Assembly (NCBI GenBank): GCA_964106915.2
Contig: OZ066917.1
From: Podarcis gaigeae
Lineage: Eukaryota
Direction: 5' to 3' (one strand)
DNA length: 64,000 nucleotides
Shown: one piece after another, positions 1 through 14,514 of the stretch
How positions within the stretch are numbered: the first letter of the stretch is position 1
Layout: the number at the start of each line of letters is the position of its first letter
Translations under genes and position numbers: made by a program
Notes under the pieces: generated by a model
Database searches by the model: none
What the model was told of the DNA's origin: nothing
What the model saw: the letters and a program-made list of their open reading frames with translations, nothing else

Positions 1-1171
1 CAGCAAGCTGCCTCATTCTACCCCTTAAAGAGATATTAGCTCTGCCAGCATTTTAACATAAACAACATGGACTGTTTGATCACAAATGTTTTCTGCTAGA
101 TTACATGTGCAAAACTGGCTTCCAAGCTCATCTGTTTGCTGCATAAGAGATTCTCTTTAACTTCTAGCTTTGGTATCAGATGTAAGTCAGAGGACTGAAT
201 AGTCGGACTCAGCACATAGTTAATAAAGTTAAATAACAAACATTTATTTTTACCGAGGAAATACTGTTTTTGCAACTAGAAACACTATGTTGTATTTGGA
301 ATGCATTTATTACTATGTCAAAACTATGTTTATTTTTCAACAAATATTTCATCTTCTGTCTCTCTTGTTGTGTATAATACAAGTGAAAGTAATTGCATAA
401 TATTTTTTTGAATCAAAAATATATTATTTAAACATGGATTATCTCAGTCAGGTGATATTAAATATACCTTTCCCACATAGCTTCTATTTTTAGAAATAGT
501 CACTAGGGTCAGTATTCGGATATATTATCAATAAACTAAAGGTGCTGACTCTGTAAATTGCAATTTTTAAGCATGTTAGATTATTGCATAATATCATATG
601 ATATGGAAGTACTGCTCAGTGTGAGAGATTATTTATTTACGAATTCTGATCTATTTCTCAACCCAAAACAGCCCACAAAGCTTACTATGGGCACATAAAA
701 AAAAATCACGAAAACATTAAAACTCTACCATTAAAATAGCAGGAAGGAATTATGAACATGCAAAAAAGAGAGGTGTTAAATTTTTGGAAGGGCTAACGGA
801 AAATTGCTGCCTTTATGTCCATATTTCTTTCTTAAGACTGTGATCCTAAACACCCTTATGTATGAATAAGTATCGCTGAACCAAACAGTGATCAGTTCTG
901 AATAGGCATGTTATGTTTGTGCTATAAATATCTGTAAGAAATGCCAGAAGGGAATTCCTATGTCAAAGTGTCAAACTTTGGAGAGTACTGGCAGGTGAAA
1001 GCAGTTAGAGACTTGCGTGGTCAAAGGCTAGAAGATGTACACCAAAGGGATGGTCCTTGAAGACACTTCATTAATACACAAAAGCTGGTGGTAGTAAGTG
1101 GCTGGCTTTCCCTTGGTATTTTACAATGTGTTTAGTACTATGTGTCCAGTTCTTTCTTCCTCAGGGATCTA

Positions 1172-1350
1172 CCATATTTACTCGAATCTAATGCTCACCT
1201 TTTTGGCCAAATTACGTTGCGAAAATTAAGGTGCACATTAGATTCGATGGTACATTTGCACTTGCCAGCCAAATCCTTTTTTTGTTTCAAAGTTCTGAAA
1301 ACTGAGGTGCACATTAGATTTGATGGCACATTAAACTCAAATAAATATGG
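1172..1350. mobile_element. Tc1/mariner-superfamily (pogo/Tc2-like) MITE
   Basis: TA on both sides. TIRs CCATATTTACTCGAATCTAATG and CATTAAACTCAAATAAATATGG (18/22 as inverted repeat). Internal direct repeat AGGTGCACATTAGATTyGATGG twice. Confidence 0.8.
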
Positions 1351-3115
1351 TAATAAGCCAATCCATAGGTTTACAGTGAGAACTGGTTAGACTAAAACTG
1401 GGTGGTTGGGGGCAGGTGTATAAAGGTCCCATGCTAATGTATAGCTGGAGGTGCCACTGTTTTTTTCCTTGCTAAAATGTAAGCTTTCTTCATTTTTTTT
1501 TTCTATTGTAACCTGCCCCACTAAGACATATATGCTATTGCTAGAGTTTCATACAAAGGAAAACCAGAATCAGAATGTATGTATACAGATTTGTGGGTTA
1601 ACATTTGGGTTTCTGCTTGCTGTGTTAAATTTAATGGTAGCATTACAATATTGTACGTATATTATTGCTAGACTTTCTGTTATTTATTAGGAAATATATA
1701 TATTATATTAATATTTTCTTTTACCCAGAGGTTTTGGACAGAGTGGAATAAAATAGAAACGCTATAATTTTTCATAATTTATAGGCTACCACATAATTTA
1801 TAACTACATGTGAAAAATATTTTCTCGTAGTCCTCTCAGATTCCTCTTTACAGACTTTTTGCATCTCCATAGTTCCCATTACAGAATACCTTTATTGTTA
1901 CCCAGCCTTTATAGATTAATTCTCTTCCACAGTTCTACCTGTCTGTCCCAGTTCCTCTGATTTTATTGCACATCCATTGCTATACCCACGTATTTTTTAT
2001 TTTCCTTAATGACTATTATAAGAACCTGGTACTAACCTTTTCTGGAGTTTTGCTTTATCTGTGCCTTTTAGCAGCCTGTGATGATCTTCCTACACACTCC
2101 ACTAATGAATTAGAGCCTTGAAGTGTTGCCTTGTAAAGGCTTATTGTTTTCAGCCTAAAGTAGTGCAACTGTTATGTGCACCTATATAACTTTGTTCCCA
2201 TCATGCTGGCATGACGGGTTTAGGTACTGTTCCATACTGGTGGAATACCACATTTTATGCATGATATTGTGGCTGTGTATGCATGCTTAATATGAGACTA
2301 GTTGCTATTAAGATTTCAATTAGTCCCAAAGTTGGTAGATATGATCATTGTTATTATTTCTTCCTTACTCATCGCCTTACACCAAAATATTAAGGTGGCA
2401 ATAAAAGCAACCTTTACACTTCTATAACAATCAGTTAAATAAATTTAAAAAAAAAATCCATACCACAAACAGCTGAATCAATTAAAAGCAATAACCATAG
2501 TGCCATAAACACAATCACCATTAAAATTAATCTAACAAGATACCAACAGCAATAGCAATAAAAATGCTAAAGAACATTCAAAAGCTTGGTACTGAGGAGG
2601 CAATGGGGTTGCCATTGCTGAGTCTGCGTGTTCCATAGGAGGGGAGCCCCCACTAAAAAAGCTTTTGCCAGAGGAGGCACTTGGATGTGGGTCTATGAAT
2701 ATATACTGTAGGCTAAATTCTGAAAGAATAGCCTGTAACTCATATAACGGACAGGAACAAATCAAGTAAATGTCACTAGGCAGATTTATCAATAGGAAAG
2801 TATCCTGAGATATAGTTTAAAAGAGACAACATTTTGTAGGAAAAATTAATCATGAATATTTCCATAGTTCTAAGGCATTTGCAAAGCCAATTATAAATAA
2901 TTGACCTTACCACCAACCAATATTTTATCTAATTTAAAGATAATATTTAATTGTGAATGGTGTTATTCAGCTCTGTCTGTATTACTTACTTAATTATTTT
3001 TATGGTTCTTAAAGTTTGCTGCATGAGAAACCCATGTTGGGTTGGTTTGATAATGATGCACATTTATTTTAAAATGAATTTGAAAATAATGGTTTCATCT
3101 ATTTGTTTTTAATAG

Positions 3116-3294
3116 GCCAGATCCAGTATTATGGACAAAGGATGGTGGAGATTTACCAGATCCAGAAAGGATGGTTGTCAATGGTAGGGAGCTAAACATT
3201 AATTCCCTAAATAGAACGGACAATGGTACATATCGATGTGAAGCAGCAAACTCTATTGGCCTAAACAGCGCAGAGTATGTTCTGATTATACATG
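3116..3294 (+). CDS. CADM2: CADM2 coding exon: C-terminal half of Ig-like domain 3
   Basis: Acceptor ttttaatag|G and donor CATG|gtgagt. Translates PDPVLWTKDGGDLPDPERMVVNGRELNINSLNRTDNGTYRCEAANSIGLNSAEYVLIIH, matching the remembered CADM2 Ig3 sequence (W, DNGTYRC motif, NRT and NGT sequons). 179 bp, phase 2 to 1. Confidence 0.97.
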
Positions 3295-3424
3295 GTGAGT
3301 ACTTCCTTCTCTGTCATTTAAATGATGGCGTGCATTGACATGTGCTTTGATTAATTTGTTTGGTTTGATTTAGCATTAATTTTACCCTGCCTTTCTCCCC
3401 CAAAACAAAGTTGGCTGGCTAATC

Positions 3425-3761
3425 GTGGCTTACCTTGATGAACGGCAGCTCAGGATGCTTCTGCTTTGCTTCTCCCCTGGAGTAAGTGGGAGAAACAAAT
3501 CATGAAGCTGCAATTAAGCATGGCTTGCTTGAATATCTAAACCCCTAGAAGCCTGGTTTGTTTCCCCCTAAGCAAGCGCTAAACTATGAGTTTTTGTGGT
3601 CTACAAATCCTGATGTTTTGGAGCAGCAAATTAGGACCCTGGTTTCAGAAGTCATACGTTGTGGTTTCCTGATCTGTTTCTCCTGTCCCTGTGAAGGGAA
3701 GAACAAAGCAGAAGTCATCAGGATGCATGTGTAAACATGTTGCTTGTTCATGGTAAACCAC
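3425..3761. repeat. Degenerate fold-back (palindromic) element, probably an old non-autonomous DNA transposon
   Basis: Three nested arm pairs: 3425-3449 vs 3739-3761, 3458-3476 vs 3696-3714, and 3489-3511 vs 3661-3683. Confidence 0.65.
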
Positions 3762-4457
3762 AATATACCAGCGACCCTGGCTCATCACAAAAATGTTAAC
3801 TCAGCCAGTATTTCATTAAGTGTCAGGCAGCTGGCAGAGGCAAATATCCAGAAATATGTGCTTGATGGAAGTTACTTTCTAGTGAATGAGTGACAGGGAA
3901 TATTTCTAATTTGTAAGTTCTGAAAATGTAGCAGTTGTTTTTTGACAATAGGTTGAAAGTATTTCCATGTTATTGCACTCCTACCATGAAAGAAATTGAA
4001 AGGAATATTTCAGATGGGAAATGCCAAATATGACAAAAATGTATTTTATAGATTGATCAATGCTGGTGGCAAATTGTGCTTTAGACTTCCTCTAATCGAA
4101 GGGATCACTGTGACTATACTTGCTAAGGCAGGTGGGTGAGCTTTGCCAAGACAGCAGCCCTCTTAAAATTATTGTGGTGATTCAGAGCTGAAAATCTATA
4201 ATTCTCATTAGATAGGGGCTTTACCTTAAATCTCATGAACTTTCAGGTATGAGGTGGAATCCAGAAACACGTGACCCCCCCTCTATTTAGAAAGCATCAG
4301 TGTAGGAGATAAGAGGCAATGCTTTCACACAACTGGGAATCATAAATGCTGAAATGTAAATTCCTGAAATTCAGTTACCATGCCTCCAGTTAGGAAAGTG
4401 TTAGCCATATAGTAGACCCATTGAAACAGCTTCCTAATTTTCTTGATCTGGAATCAT

Positions 4458-4458
<1 letters not shown>

Positions 4459-4490
<32 letters not shown>
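4459..4490. repeat. (CA)16 microsatellite
   Basis: Direct reading of the sequence. Confidence 0.99.
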
Positions 4491-4492
<2 letters not shown>

Positions 4493-6062
4493 TAATTGTT
4501 GCATTTAAAAAGAAGGTGGCTCCATGTAAAAACCAAACAGTTCTGAAATATTAAGTTAATTTAATAATGCTTGTATTTTATTTGGAGATTTTCTTTTGGT
4601 GATTCAAGGCCGCTAGCAGCAGAGTTCACTAGGCATCCATGTTACTATTACGCAGTTTGCTCACATTTACAATAAGTACTTCTCTAAACAACTTTTTAAT
4701 TAGCCATTTTTTGCTCTGTTGTTGAACTGTACTTTATCAAAATCACCCCATGGATTAATGCTGCTCATGCTGCTAGATAAGTGCTTTGAAATTTATCATT
4801 AGTTTACGTAGGATTAGTGCCATAGGTAATGACAGGCTCATTAAAATTTCAGTAACTTATTACTCAGGTTTAAATTTTAAAAACTTCAATAAATAAAACA
4901 CAAATATTAGTTCACCTCCACTCCACCCCCATTACCAACTCTGAATACTTTGGAAGCAGTCTGCTTTCATATTTTGGCTTTATGTGGGTGAGATGTTAAT
5001 CTGTGTCCTTTAGAACATTTTTTAACTGTAAATTTTCTATAATTATTTCCAATTAAAAAGAAAGATGCACAAAGTGGTACACAACATTAAGCCCCCACAA
5101 ATACACTGAATAATTAAAATGGTCTTTAAAAAACCCCATAAAACAGCAACAATCAGCATAGGAGTTAGAAAAATACAAGATATATTTGCCAGTTCCCTGC
5201 ATTTCACCAAAAAATGAAGGCCATGAAAGGGCTTGGGAGGTGAATAGATGAGACAATGCAAACAGGATCAGGCATGATACACAATAGCTGGGGCGACCAG
5301 TATCAAGGAGCAAATTAAACCTCCCTTTAACTTTCTTCTATATAAGTTATAGGTGAGCAACCTGCAACCTAGCATCTACATGTGGCTCTGATCTAATTTT
5401 ATGGGTCCTCCAGCTGCTATTATTCCATCCCATTAGAATTTCTTCCTCCCTGTTCATTTCTTCCTTATTTTTCTTACTTTTTGTTTTTAATTAATCCTCT
5501 GTATACCTAATTTGAGAGAAAATCATTCAAATCCTGTAGGGAATTTTACACTGAGATAACAATGGTGAAAAAGCAGAAGAATTGTTTATTCCAGGCCCCA
5601 TCCACCACTGATATGCAGCCCCTGACAGCCCAGAGAGATAGTGACTATATATAAAACATCTTCAGAAGGAAATTAAGCCAGTGCCCTTGGGGATGCTTTT
5701 ATATTGAGTCCAAGACATGACCTGTATCAGCCACATAGGATGTCCAACACATATTGACAGGGATTCCATGTGATGATGCAACAGCCCAGTTCATATGACT
5801 TGCTAGACCCCAGTTCGGTCTGACAAGTTGCAGTAAAGCTTGGAGTCGCATTTTCCTCTCTTATTCCAATGCAGCCACAAGAAGATACTTTTTTTTGCTT
5901 GACCGCAGTTTTTCATGTCCAAACCAACAAACTATGGTTGAAGTAAACTATGTTTTTTCAAAACAAAACAAACAAGCCAATTTGAAAATGTAGTGGAAGG
6001 GCCTGGGATGTGTACAAAGTTGGCATTTGGGGTGGCTTGTTTGCATAAGCTATAGTTTACTT

Positions 6063-6199
6063 CAGGGATAGTGAAGCTGGTTCCTACCAGGAGCTGTTGG
6101 ACTCAACTCCCATTAGCCTCAATCAGTATAGCTAATGGTCAAGGATGATCTTAATTATAGTCCAACAACATGTGGAGGACATCAAGTTGGCTACTCCAG
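6063..6199. mobile_element. Old hAT-like hairpin MITE (same family as 34597-34732)
   Basis: CAGGG start. Inner arms TGTTGGACT-CAACTCCCAT and GATGATC..TAGTCCAACA. 8-bp flanks GTTTACTT / GTTTACTA (7/8 TSD). Confidence 0.7.
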
Positions 6200-8845
6200 G
6201 TTTACTATGATGTTTGAATGCAGTCTATGAGAACAGAGCATAGATACAATATGTATTACACCTCATGTTTCTTTGAAGCATACAAGCCTTAACCTGCCTG
6301 CAGTCCCCAACCATTCTTGTTAATTAAAACAATAAAAAGCAATGAGGCAACTTGTGAATAAGCATTTGATGATAAAGCTGTTGGCATTTTCAGAAATCAC
6401 AGATTTTGCTAACTGAAACTACTTCAAGACGTAGTTTTTCATTTAGTAGTTGCTTTAGAAATATAGATGTCTGAATGCACATGAGCTCCCCCATATTTGG
6501 TCACTGCTCAGTTGCTTGCACCCTATTCATCTGATTATCCAGCTCAAAGTGAGTCAGGCATATTAATCGTTATCAGGATTCTGTTGTTAAGTTTGATTAC
6601 TTAGTAGTCTGTGCCTGCACATCTTTCATATTATCTAGCTGAAAGTTGGCCTTGCTGACATTTTTATTATTGTAAAAATGAATACTGGAGTTTCTTCCTA
6701 ATTAAATTTCTGCAAATATAGATTTGGAACTACAGAGGGTAATTGCAGAAGTATATATTTGAGTTTATTAGCACTGTACGCCTTCTAAAATAAGATAATG
6801 TCAAATGTTCCAAGTTTTAAAAGTTTCAGTGTTTAGTAGTGTTTGATATCAAACGCTTCTTCAGTATAGTTTGATTATAATGATAATCTTAGACAATTTC
6901 CTGTTCTTATTTTTTCAGCATTGAGATTAGATGCATAGCTTTATTGGGTGCACCAAGTGGGACAGAACTCTTCCCCCCTTTTTTCTTACTTTGCAGTTTG
7001 AAAATTGAAGAAAGGGTTATGCCATTTAATAGAGGGCATATATTTCCTTATCTTCATTTTGCACAAAAATTGTCTCTAGCATTTAATATATTCTTCCAGT
7101 GCAGAGTTAATAACTGCCATGGTTGGGTAAGGGAATTTATGATGGTCTTTTCCCCTTTGTGAGTTCAATTTAAGAGGACCAAGCACAACAGAATGAAACT
7201 ATTTTGGAAAGAAATTGCCAAGAACCTCTATTGGGGTTAAGCAGAATTGGTGCTATACATCTTATCATTTTCCAGTTGGTCACGTGACATTGCATTTGGG
7301 AAGCAGAGTTTGCACAGATTATCAGTTGTGCCTGACTAATCTTATAAAGTGTGAATGGGTGGGAGAGAGTTTAACCTAAGTGGTGAAAGTAGTAGGGAAA
7401 TTGATCAGAGTTTGATAAGCACTATTTCCTTGGCTCATAATTTTGCTTGAGAATTGGGAAGTGGAGCTACAAAGTTTCTGCTTAATTTCTCTGAGTAAAG
7501 ATGGTGCCAAGAGTAAAAGGAGGGAATACTGTGGGAGGATTTTCTAAACATGAAAATATATCGATAAATATGTTTACTGAATTTAGGTCCATTATACGGT
7601 CTTCTTCTTACCGACCCTTCTTCACAGAAACTATATAGGGTAGTTTCAGCTGTAGACTTTTAGCAAGTGTCAGCTCTCTGGCTAAACCGTTTCCTACATT
7701 ATTTGTTCAACTTCGAGTGCTTCAGTTTGAGTATTCCAGTTAACTGTACTGGCTGTAGGTAATAAAACTGAGAAATACTATGGCACTGTATAGTTTCCTC
7801 AACAAAAATAAACTTTAAACAATTTAGAACTTATTTTGAACTAATAATAATTGAGCATTATTAGGACCCAAATTATAATATCTGAATAACTTAAAATGTG
7901 AACAGTTATATATCCTTTGTCAAAGACAAGCAGCTGGAACATCCAAAGGAAAGCCTATCCCTCTCTGTATTGGCTCTGTTGCTTATCTAAATGTGGTTGT
8001 CACAATCAGTTGATTGTCATAAGTTTCATTGGTGTTATGTGCTGGTATTTTCTGAGGTAGAGTGGAAGAAGTAAAATCCTTTAGAACTGAAGAGGAAATT
8101 GTATTTATTTGTCATACACATGTGTGAAATTAATGTAGTTTCTGCAACTTTTCCCCAGTGTGAATCTCAGAATATGGAACAAGAGCCCTCTGTTGTTGAA
8201 CAGGATCTGTCCTACATTTTGTTCTTTAATTTGTGCTTTAATGTTTGCACACAATTTCCACAAAATGATCTTACTTATTTTCAATCACAGCAGTTTTTCT
8301 TCCTCCCAGCTTTCATTATTGAGTACTTTAGAGTCACCTATCCGTCTTTTATTCCCTTTCCTGTGAACAGTTCTCTCAGTGGGACCCTATCTGCTAATTC
8401 CCTCAATTTCCAAAGTTATCTTCAAAACTCAGGAGAGATTTAGACAGCTTTAGTGCAAGCAGAGGCTTGACTTAAATGAAAATGTGTAGTTTATCATAAT
8501 TAGAGATTAAGAGTAAGCATAGTGTTTATTCATATTAATTATACAAACAACATGAACACTGTGATTCTTTAATTGGGACAGTCTAAAAATAAAGTTATAG
8601 GGAAATCACTTTCTCCCACAGTATCTGACTATGGAATATTTCTGTCTTATATTCTCTTATAGTAGCTCAAATCAATACATCTATCAGCAGATGAATAGGA
8701 AGCTAAATCTTTTAGCATGCAGCCAATACAGCTCTATTCAGCCTAACTGAATTCAATAGTGTTTTCTCCCAGGTACGTAGGTATAGTACTGGAAAAAAAA
8801 CCTCAACAACTTTTATGTCTGGATTTTCACCCTTTGAAACATGTC

Positions 8846-9122
8846 AACCCTAGTTCTACCAATTCTTGGCTGGTGAAGCAAGGGAGTCCTGTCCTGGAAC
8901 CTCCCCAATGGATGAAGGGACTTTGCATCCCAGACCACCCATATCTCACAGCTGCCCCCCCCCCAGAGCCTAATTCTGTCAACAACCAGTGAAACAACCA
9001 CAGGTGTAGCCGACACCTCTGTAGTAGATGTGCCCCTCCATCAGTGAAGCTCTTCTCTGCCAACATATACATCACCTCAATCTTAATGCCTCACCAAGCC
9101 AGTGAATTGGGGAGTTAGGGTT
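8846..9122. repeat. Element bounded by ~35-bp imperfect inverted repeats
   Basis: AACCCTAGTTCTACCAATTCTTGGCTGGTGAAGCA (8846-8880) versus the reverse complement of 9087-9122, AACCCTAACTCCCCAATTCACTGGCTTGGTGAGGCA. Confidence 0.55.
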
Positions 9123-12100
9123 CCTTTATTAGTAAATATCTGCTAATATGAAGACAAACTTGATCTTGTGTGAATTTTAGTTAACAGATGGTTCCCTTTA
9201 TCATTTTTTTTTAAGTGTATGTAAGACAGAAATCTTACATACACTGGTATGTGGCAGGTCTTGATGGAGTGGCACAGCACTCATGCCACTCAGGACAGAA
9301 GGGGCGAGACAAGAAAAATGCCCATTTACTGCACCAACTCCCAAGCAGGTGCACCACAGAGGCTTAAAATAGGACCATTGCCATCATGTGATGGCAGTTG
9401 GGTTTGCCCAGGCTTCTAAACCACGACTTGCTGAACCAGCATCATTACATATGAACTGAAGCAGTATGTGTGCTAGAGCAATGAGCAAAAGTGGTGTTTT
9501 CATGAGGAACCATGGCCGTAACACAAGGAATTATGCATTCCCTATTTGTTCATTTACAGCTCACCTTCCACCATGCAGTCCCAGGAGAGGTTGCATATAG
9601 CTCAGTACAATTAAACTATTTCCACCTTTTCTGGTGGAAGATGCACCCCTTTGTGCACCTTGGCCTGATGTTAAACAGAAACCGCTCTCTTACACAGCAC
9701 AGCCTGACAAATTTCACATGGCGATGGAAATCCCAGCAGAGCCTCCTCTGCAGATCCAACACCTGACCAGTCTATATAGGATGGAAACCCCTGCAAATAT
9801 ATGAGACTGGAGTTGTTTAGGGCTTTGTATTACAGGGAAACACCTTGAGTTGGGCTTAGAAGCACACTAGTACTCAGTGCAGGCCTACAGTATCCAATTG
9901 ATTATACTTGTAAACATATTTTCAGTATGTGGAGAAATCAGCTTTTTAGCTCTCCCATTGATTTAATTAGTGACTGAGTTAAATCTCAAATTAAAAAAGC
10001 TAATTTTGCTGGATTAGAATAATTTAATGATAGGCAATAAAATGAGGCCTTAATTTCAACATTCCTGCATCCTGTTGAGTAAGCCTCCAATATCTGCTTA
10101 ACAATTGGCTAAATCACAATAGTGAAATTTTCATTGCATTTCCGACACAAATTATTTTCAACTAACTAAAACATAAATTAATATTGAGATTATTGCATTT
10201 TTTAGAAGCTCTCTCGTTTGGACCACTGGAGCATTGAATGTGTAATATTTCCATCTTTGACATGCACTGTTGCCTCAGTTTTCTAATATTGATAGTTTTT
10301 ACCTTTCCAGATGTTGAAGTTCTGCTTTACTAGAGAGTATCAGTTTTCATCCTATAAATAATGCCAGAATCCATGTCTTTTTTAGAGTTAGAGAAGGTAA
10401 GAGGGTGGGGAGATGTCCACTTCATAGCACTGAATAGGAGAGGAGGAGCTGGCTTAGCTCATTTGCTTGATATTGGAGAATATACATATTTGAGATAATA
10501 GTTTGGGGAAAGGGTAAAACATCTAAGTATTAAGTATTAAAACATCTGTTTTAGTCATTCACAACCTGTATTTTATTAGTACTGGGTTTATATTTTCACT
10601 CATTACAGTATATAATTTAGTTCTCTTGCAACAACATGTGCAAAAGTTGTTCAAGTTTATTTTTACACTGCACATGAAAACTGAATCACTGTTGCATTTT
10701 ATGGCTGACAACTTTGTGAAAAAAAGGTTAAAATGTCACAAAGGGCAAACCAGAAAATTCAGATGTTCTGCTCCTTGCTTTAATGGTTTGGGGGTTTTTT
10801 ACCACAAAAAATGCATTTATATTTTAACAGAACTCTGCCAAAAACAATTCATAAGCTATTTTAAGAATGCATAATCTATTTTGGCTCCATATAAGTACTA
10901 AATCTTACGTATATCAAGTTATGTATGCCGTGTGTATATAGAGCAGGTTGTAAAGTAGCTCCCACAGAAATCTGTTATGACTAATATGAGATCTGATTTT
11001 CAATGCGAATTTGGTATTTGGAGGTGGGGTGAGGACTACAATGTTCAATTTAAAAAATCCCATTCCTCCTCCTCCTCCTTTACCTCCCCTTGTTGAGAAA
11101 TTCATGTTTAGTAGTCTGAGGTGGTGAGGGGGCTGAAATGAAAGTTCCCCATTGCTGGCACAAGTGGGCTAATAATTTATCACACCAGAATGCACATTCA
11201 TATAAATGTACATCCCATTGGAATTAATGCATTGCAGATGAACAATTTATGCATTGGGTGCTGATCTGGCACCAGAGAGCACCATGCAGGCATCCTTTCT
11301 CAAGCTCCACAAATTGAGGGTATTAAGCACATGTCCTGCTGCTTGCTCTCCATTAGCTTAGTCCAAACTCAACTATAGGGATCCAAATAGATGGGATCGA
11401 GCTTGCCCTTCCCATTTGATCAAGAAGTCCTTGAGGAAGTTGGAGTTCCTTTTGCTCAAGGGATGAATCTATTCATCTCCTGAGCCTGACATGTTCCTCA
11501 GTAATGGCTTAGTGACAAAAGAAGTGGAGGAGTGAGAGAGAAACACTATCTCTATCATCTATCTATCTATCAACCCGCACGCACACACTTTGTACTTCAA
11601 TTATTGCTGGTCTGGTAACAAATACTTGTGCACATGCCCACAGTGGGTCTCAGGTTTCAAATCCACATTAAACTCTGGTGTGGAACCCCGTTCTTCTGAG
11701 CTCTAACAGAAAAGTAATAACAGAGCTGACAGAGTCACGTTCAAGAAGCCTCCTGCAGCCCCTTCACTCTTCCTGAAATCTCCCAAGGTTGAACAGAGCT
11801 TTGTCTAAAGTCAGGTCTACCAACCCAGGAAACTAGTAGGATGGAGGGGAGGTAAAAGGAGAGGAATGCCCTCTGTCCCATCCTCCTTTTGAAAAATTGG
11901 TTTTATTTCCAATAACCTCTTTAGCTGATTAGTATTATATTCATTTTAAAAGTGGAGCCACGAATGCCTTATTTGTGTACATTAAATCCAGGGACAAATG
12001 ATTATGTAATTTGAAACAAAGCTATTACTGTTTTAAGTTTATTGATGTTGTTCACATTTTTAGAAAGCATATAGCAACATATTGTCACTGTGCCTCTTTT

Positions 12101-14514
12101 GCTCTGAATGTTCAGGAATCATTTCCTCACTTGTTCAGTAAAGTTGGGGGGGGGGGGTACGAATATCCAGGGGAGGGATATTCCTCAAGTATTTTATATG
12201 GTGGCCAGGTAGGCTACTGCCCTCTGGATGAACCACTGCCTCCTTTCACCAAAGGATATTTGGGTGTTATGGGTCAATGAGCTACACAGTATCGAAAATG
12301 TGTGGGAAGAGCATCTGGAAATTGATTCATTTCAATTCTGAGTGAGGTCAGGCCCTGCATATTGCTTAGAGTTGCTATTGTCCAACTCATGCGCTCCTTT
12401 GCTGGTAGATTTTTTAAAAAAGAAATGCCACAAGTGCAGAATTACTTTGGCAGGCAGCTGCAGCTTCTGTTTACATTTTTATATACAGAGAAATTGAATG
12501 AGGGGTGGGTGAGCAAATAGAAGAACAGCCATAAATTTGAATAATTGGATTTTATCTTTTGATAGTAAGAACCCTAGTATTGGAAGTCTACCAAGATATA
12601 TAAAACAGAGTTCTCGGCAGTAATGCTCTAGCTAAAGAGGAAGAGACTTAAGTTGATGCAAGGGGCACACTTCTGCCAGTTCTCCCTTTCTCCCCTCCAT
12701 TGTACTGAATGATATTCTGAAGAAGAGGGTCCCCAACCTTCAAGAATAGCTAAGGGCAAGGGGTGGCTGCAGTGGGAAGGAAATGGGTCCACAGCTCTGC
12801 TCACAGTACTTAGGATCAAGTCTCTTAATGATCAATATCACCATACATCAATATATTTGTAGCAATATCATACTTCTAAAGAAAATCATGTATCAGACTA
12901 AAACAATCATCCTCTCTGTAGTTGATATTTCATAAAGCAACCTATTGACATAATAGTGATTATGATTAAATGGTCGGGTTGCTTATCCTTTTGGTATTGT
13001 GTATGAGCAGTTAAATGTATTTTATGTTGTGAGTTCTGTTTATTATCACTGAGACAATACATGGAAAGTATGAGATATGTTTCTTGTAAGATTATATGGC
13101 ACCCACACACCCATCATATACAAAATGCATAGTGGGTGAGCAACACTCTTTCTTACAGGCTATGCCTCTTATTTAACACTCATTCTGATCTCATTGTGGC
13201 TGGGTTATATGATGTTGCATCAAGCAATTTTTATCCCACACTTCCTAGTGCATTTTGCCATCATTTTCCTTATACCAAAAAGTCAGTTGTTTTGAGGAAG
13301 TGCGTTTGTTGCTCAAGACTTCCCAGTCAACTTTAATTGTGCAACCTGAATTTTCTGAAATATGACTGAATCCCACCTGAAACTAGGGAAGTGGCCTGTA
13401 TTTGTAGGGAGTTGCTGATGGCTCTGTATGCAGAAATTCATGGTAACTATTCATGAACTCTTCCCATTTTCCACATGATTATAGCAAAAGCTACATTTTG
13501 AATGAGAACCTTTTCAAAATATCATGCTAGTTGTATCATACTCTTTGTGACAAAGGCTGAAACACTATGCCTTAGCTATGTATGCACAAGGCTGCAATAT
13601 TTAGCCTACCTGCCACCAAGCAAGTATTGCTAAACTCAGTGGGATTTGCTTCAAGTAAACATGTTTAGGATCATGCAGTAATCCTACTGATTAAATGCAG
13701 TAGGATGTAAATAAGTGTAACTAGGTGAAGGCTTGAAGCAAAGAAGCTTAACAAATGGTGCTCAGGTGCCTAGTTTATAGGTTATATAGCTAACATACTT
13801 TACATTTCGAAACAGGCATTAATTTAGAAATCCTGGCTAGAGTCATTACTTCTTCTCATAAGAAACCAGTATGTGTCAAAAGACCAGAAATATTCCTGCA
13901 ACTCTGGGATCTATAAAGCAGGAGTAGTTGTTTTTACTCGTAATATCAGTGGACTTCATCAATAAGCATGACATTGTTATGTTTTACATGCCCCAGACAG
14001 AAACTGCGACAATACCTTGTTAACACTCTGAGCATATTAAAATTGGGTTGATTTGCTAAGGACCACTAAGGACTACTATATTACCTAGTTCATGCCCAAT
14101 AAACATTGAAATGGAGGAGAGCACTGGAAATTATCCATCATTCTTTTATAGGCCTATTAAAGTAGTGTAACTTGGTAATATTAAGCCCCACTTCAAGGTA
14201 ACATATGGCCGTGACAGAACAACTGCAGGCCAAGAAACCAGACTCAGCATTGCTTCTAGCATGACTGTGGTTGAAGAGAAGTTACACTGGTGTAAAGTTG
14301 TAGTTGGGAAGGGGCAGAGCAGCACATGTCCCCTTATGTGGTCATACATGAGGTCCTTAAGACAAATGTACATGGTCCATTTCTCATTGTAAGATTGGTT
14401 GATTGGCAAACTAAAAGGTATACGTAACATCAGGCAGTCCCCTCTTGCTGTACTGTTATCGATGGCTGCTAACAAAAATAAATTTCACCCAGTCTGTCCA
14501 GACATGTAATTCTA

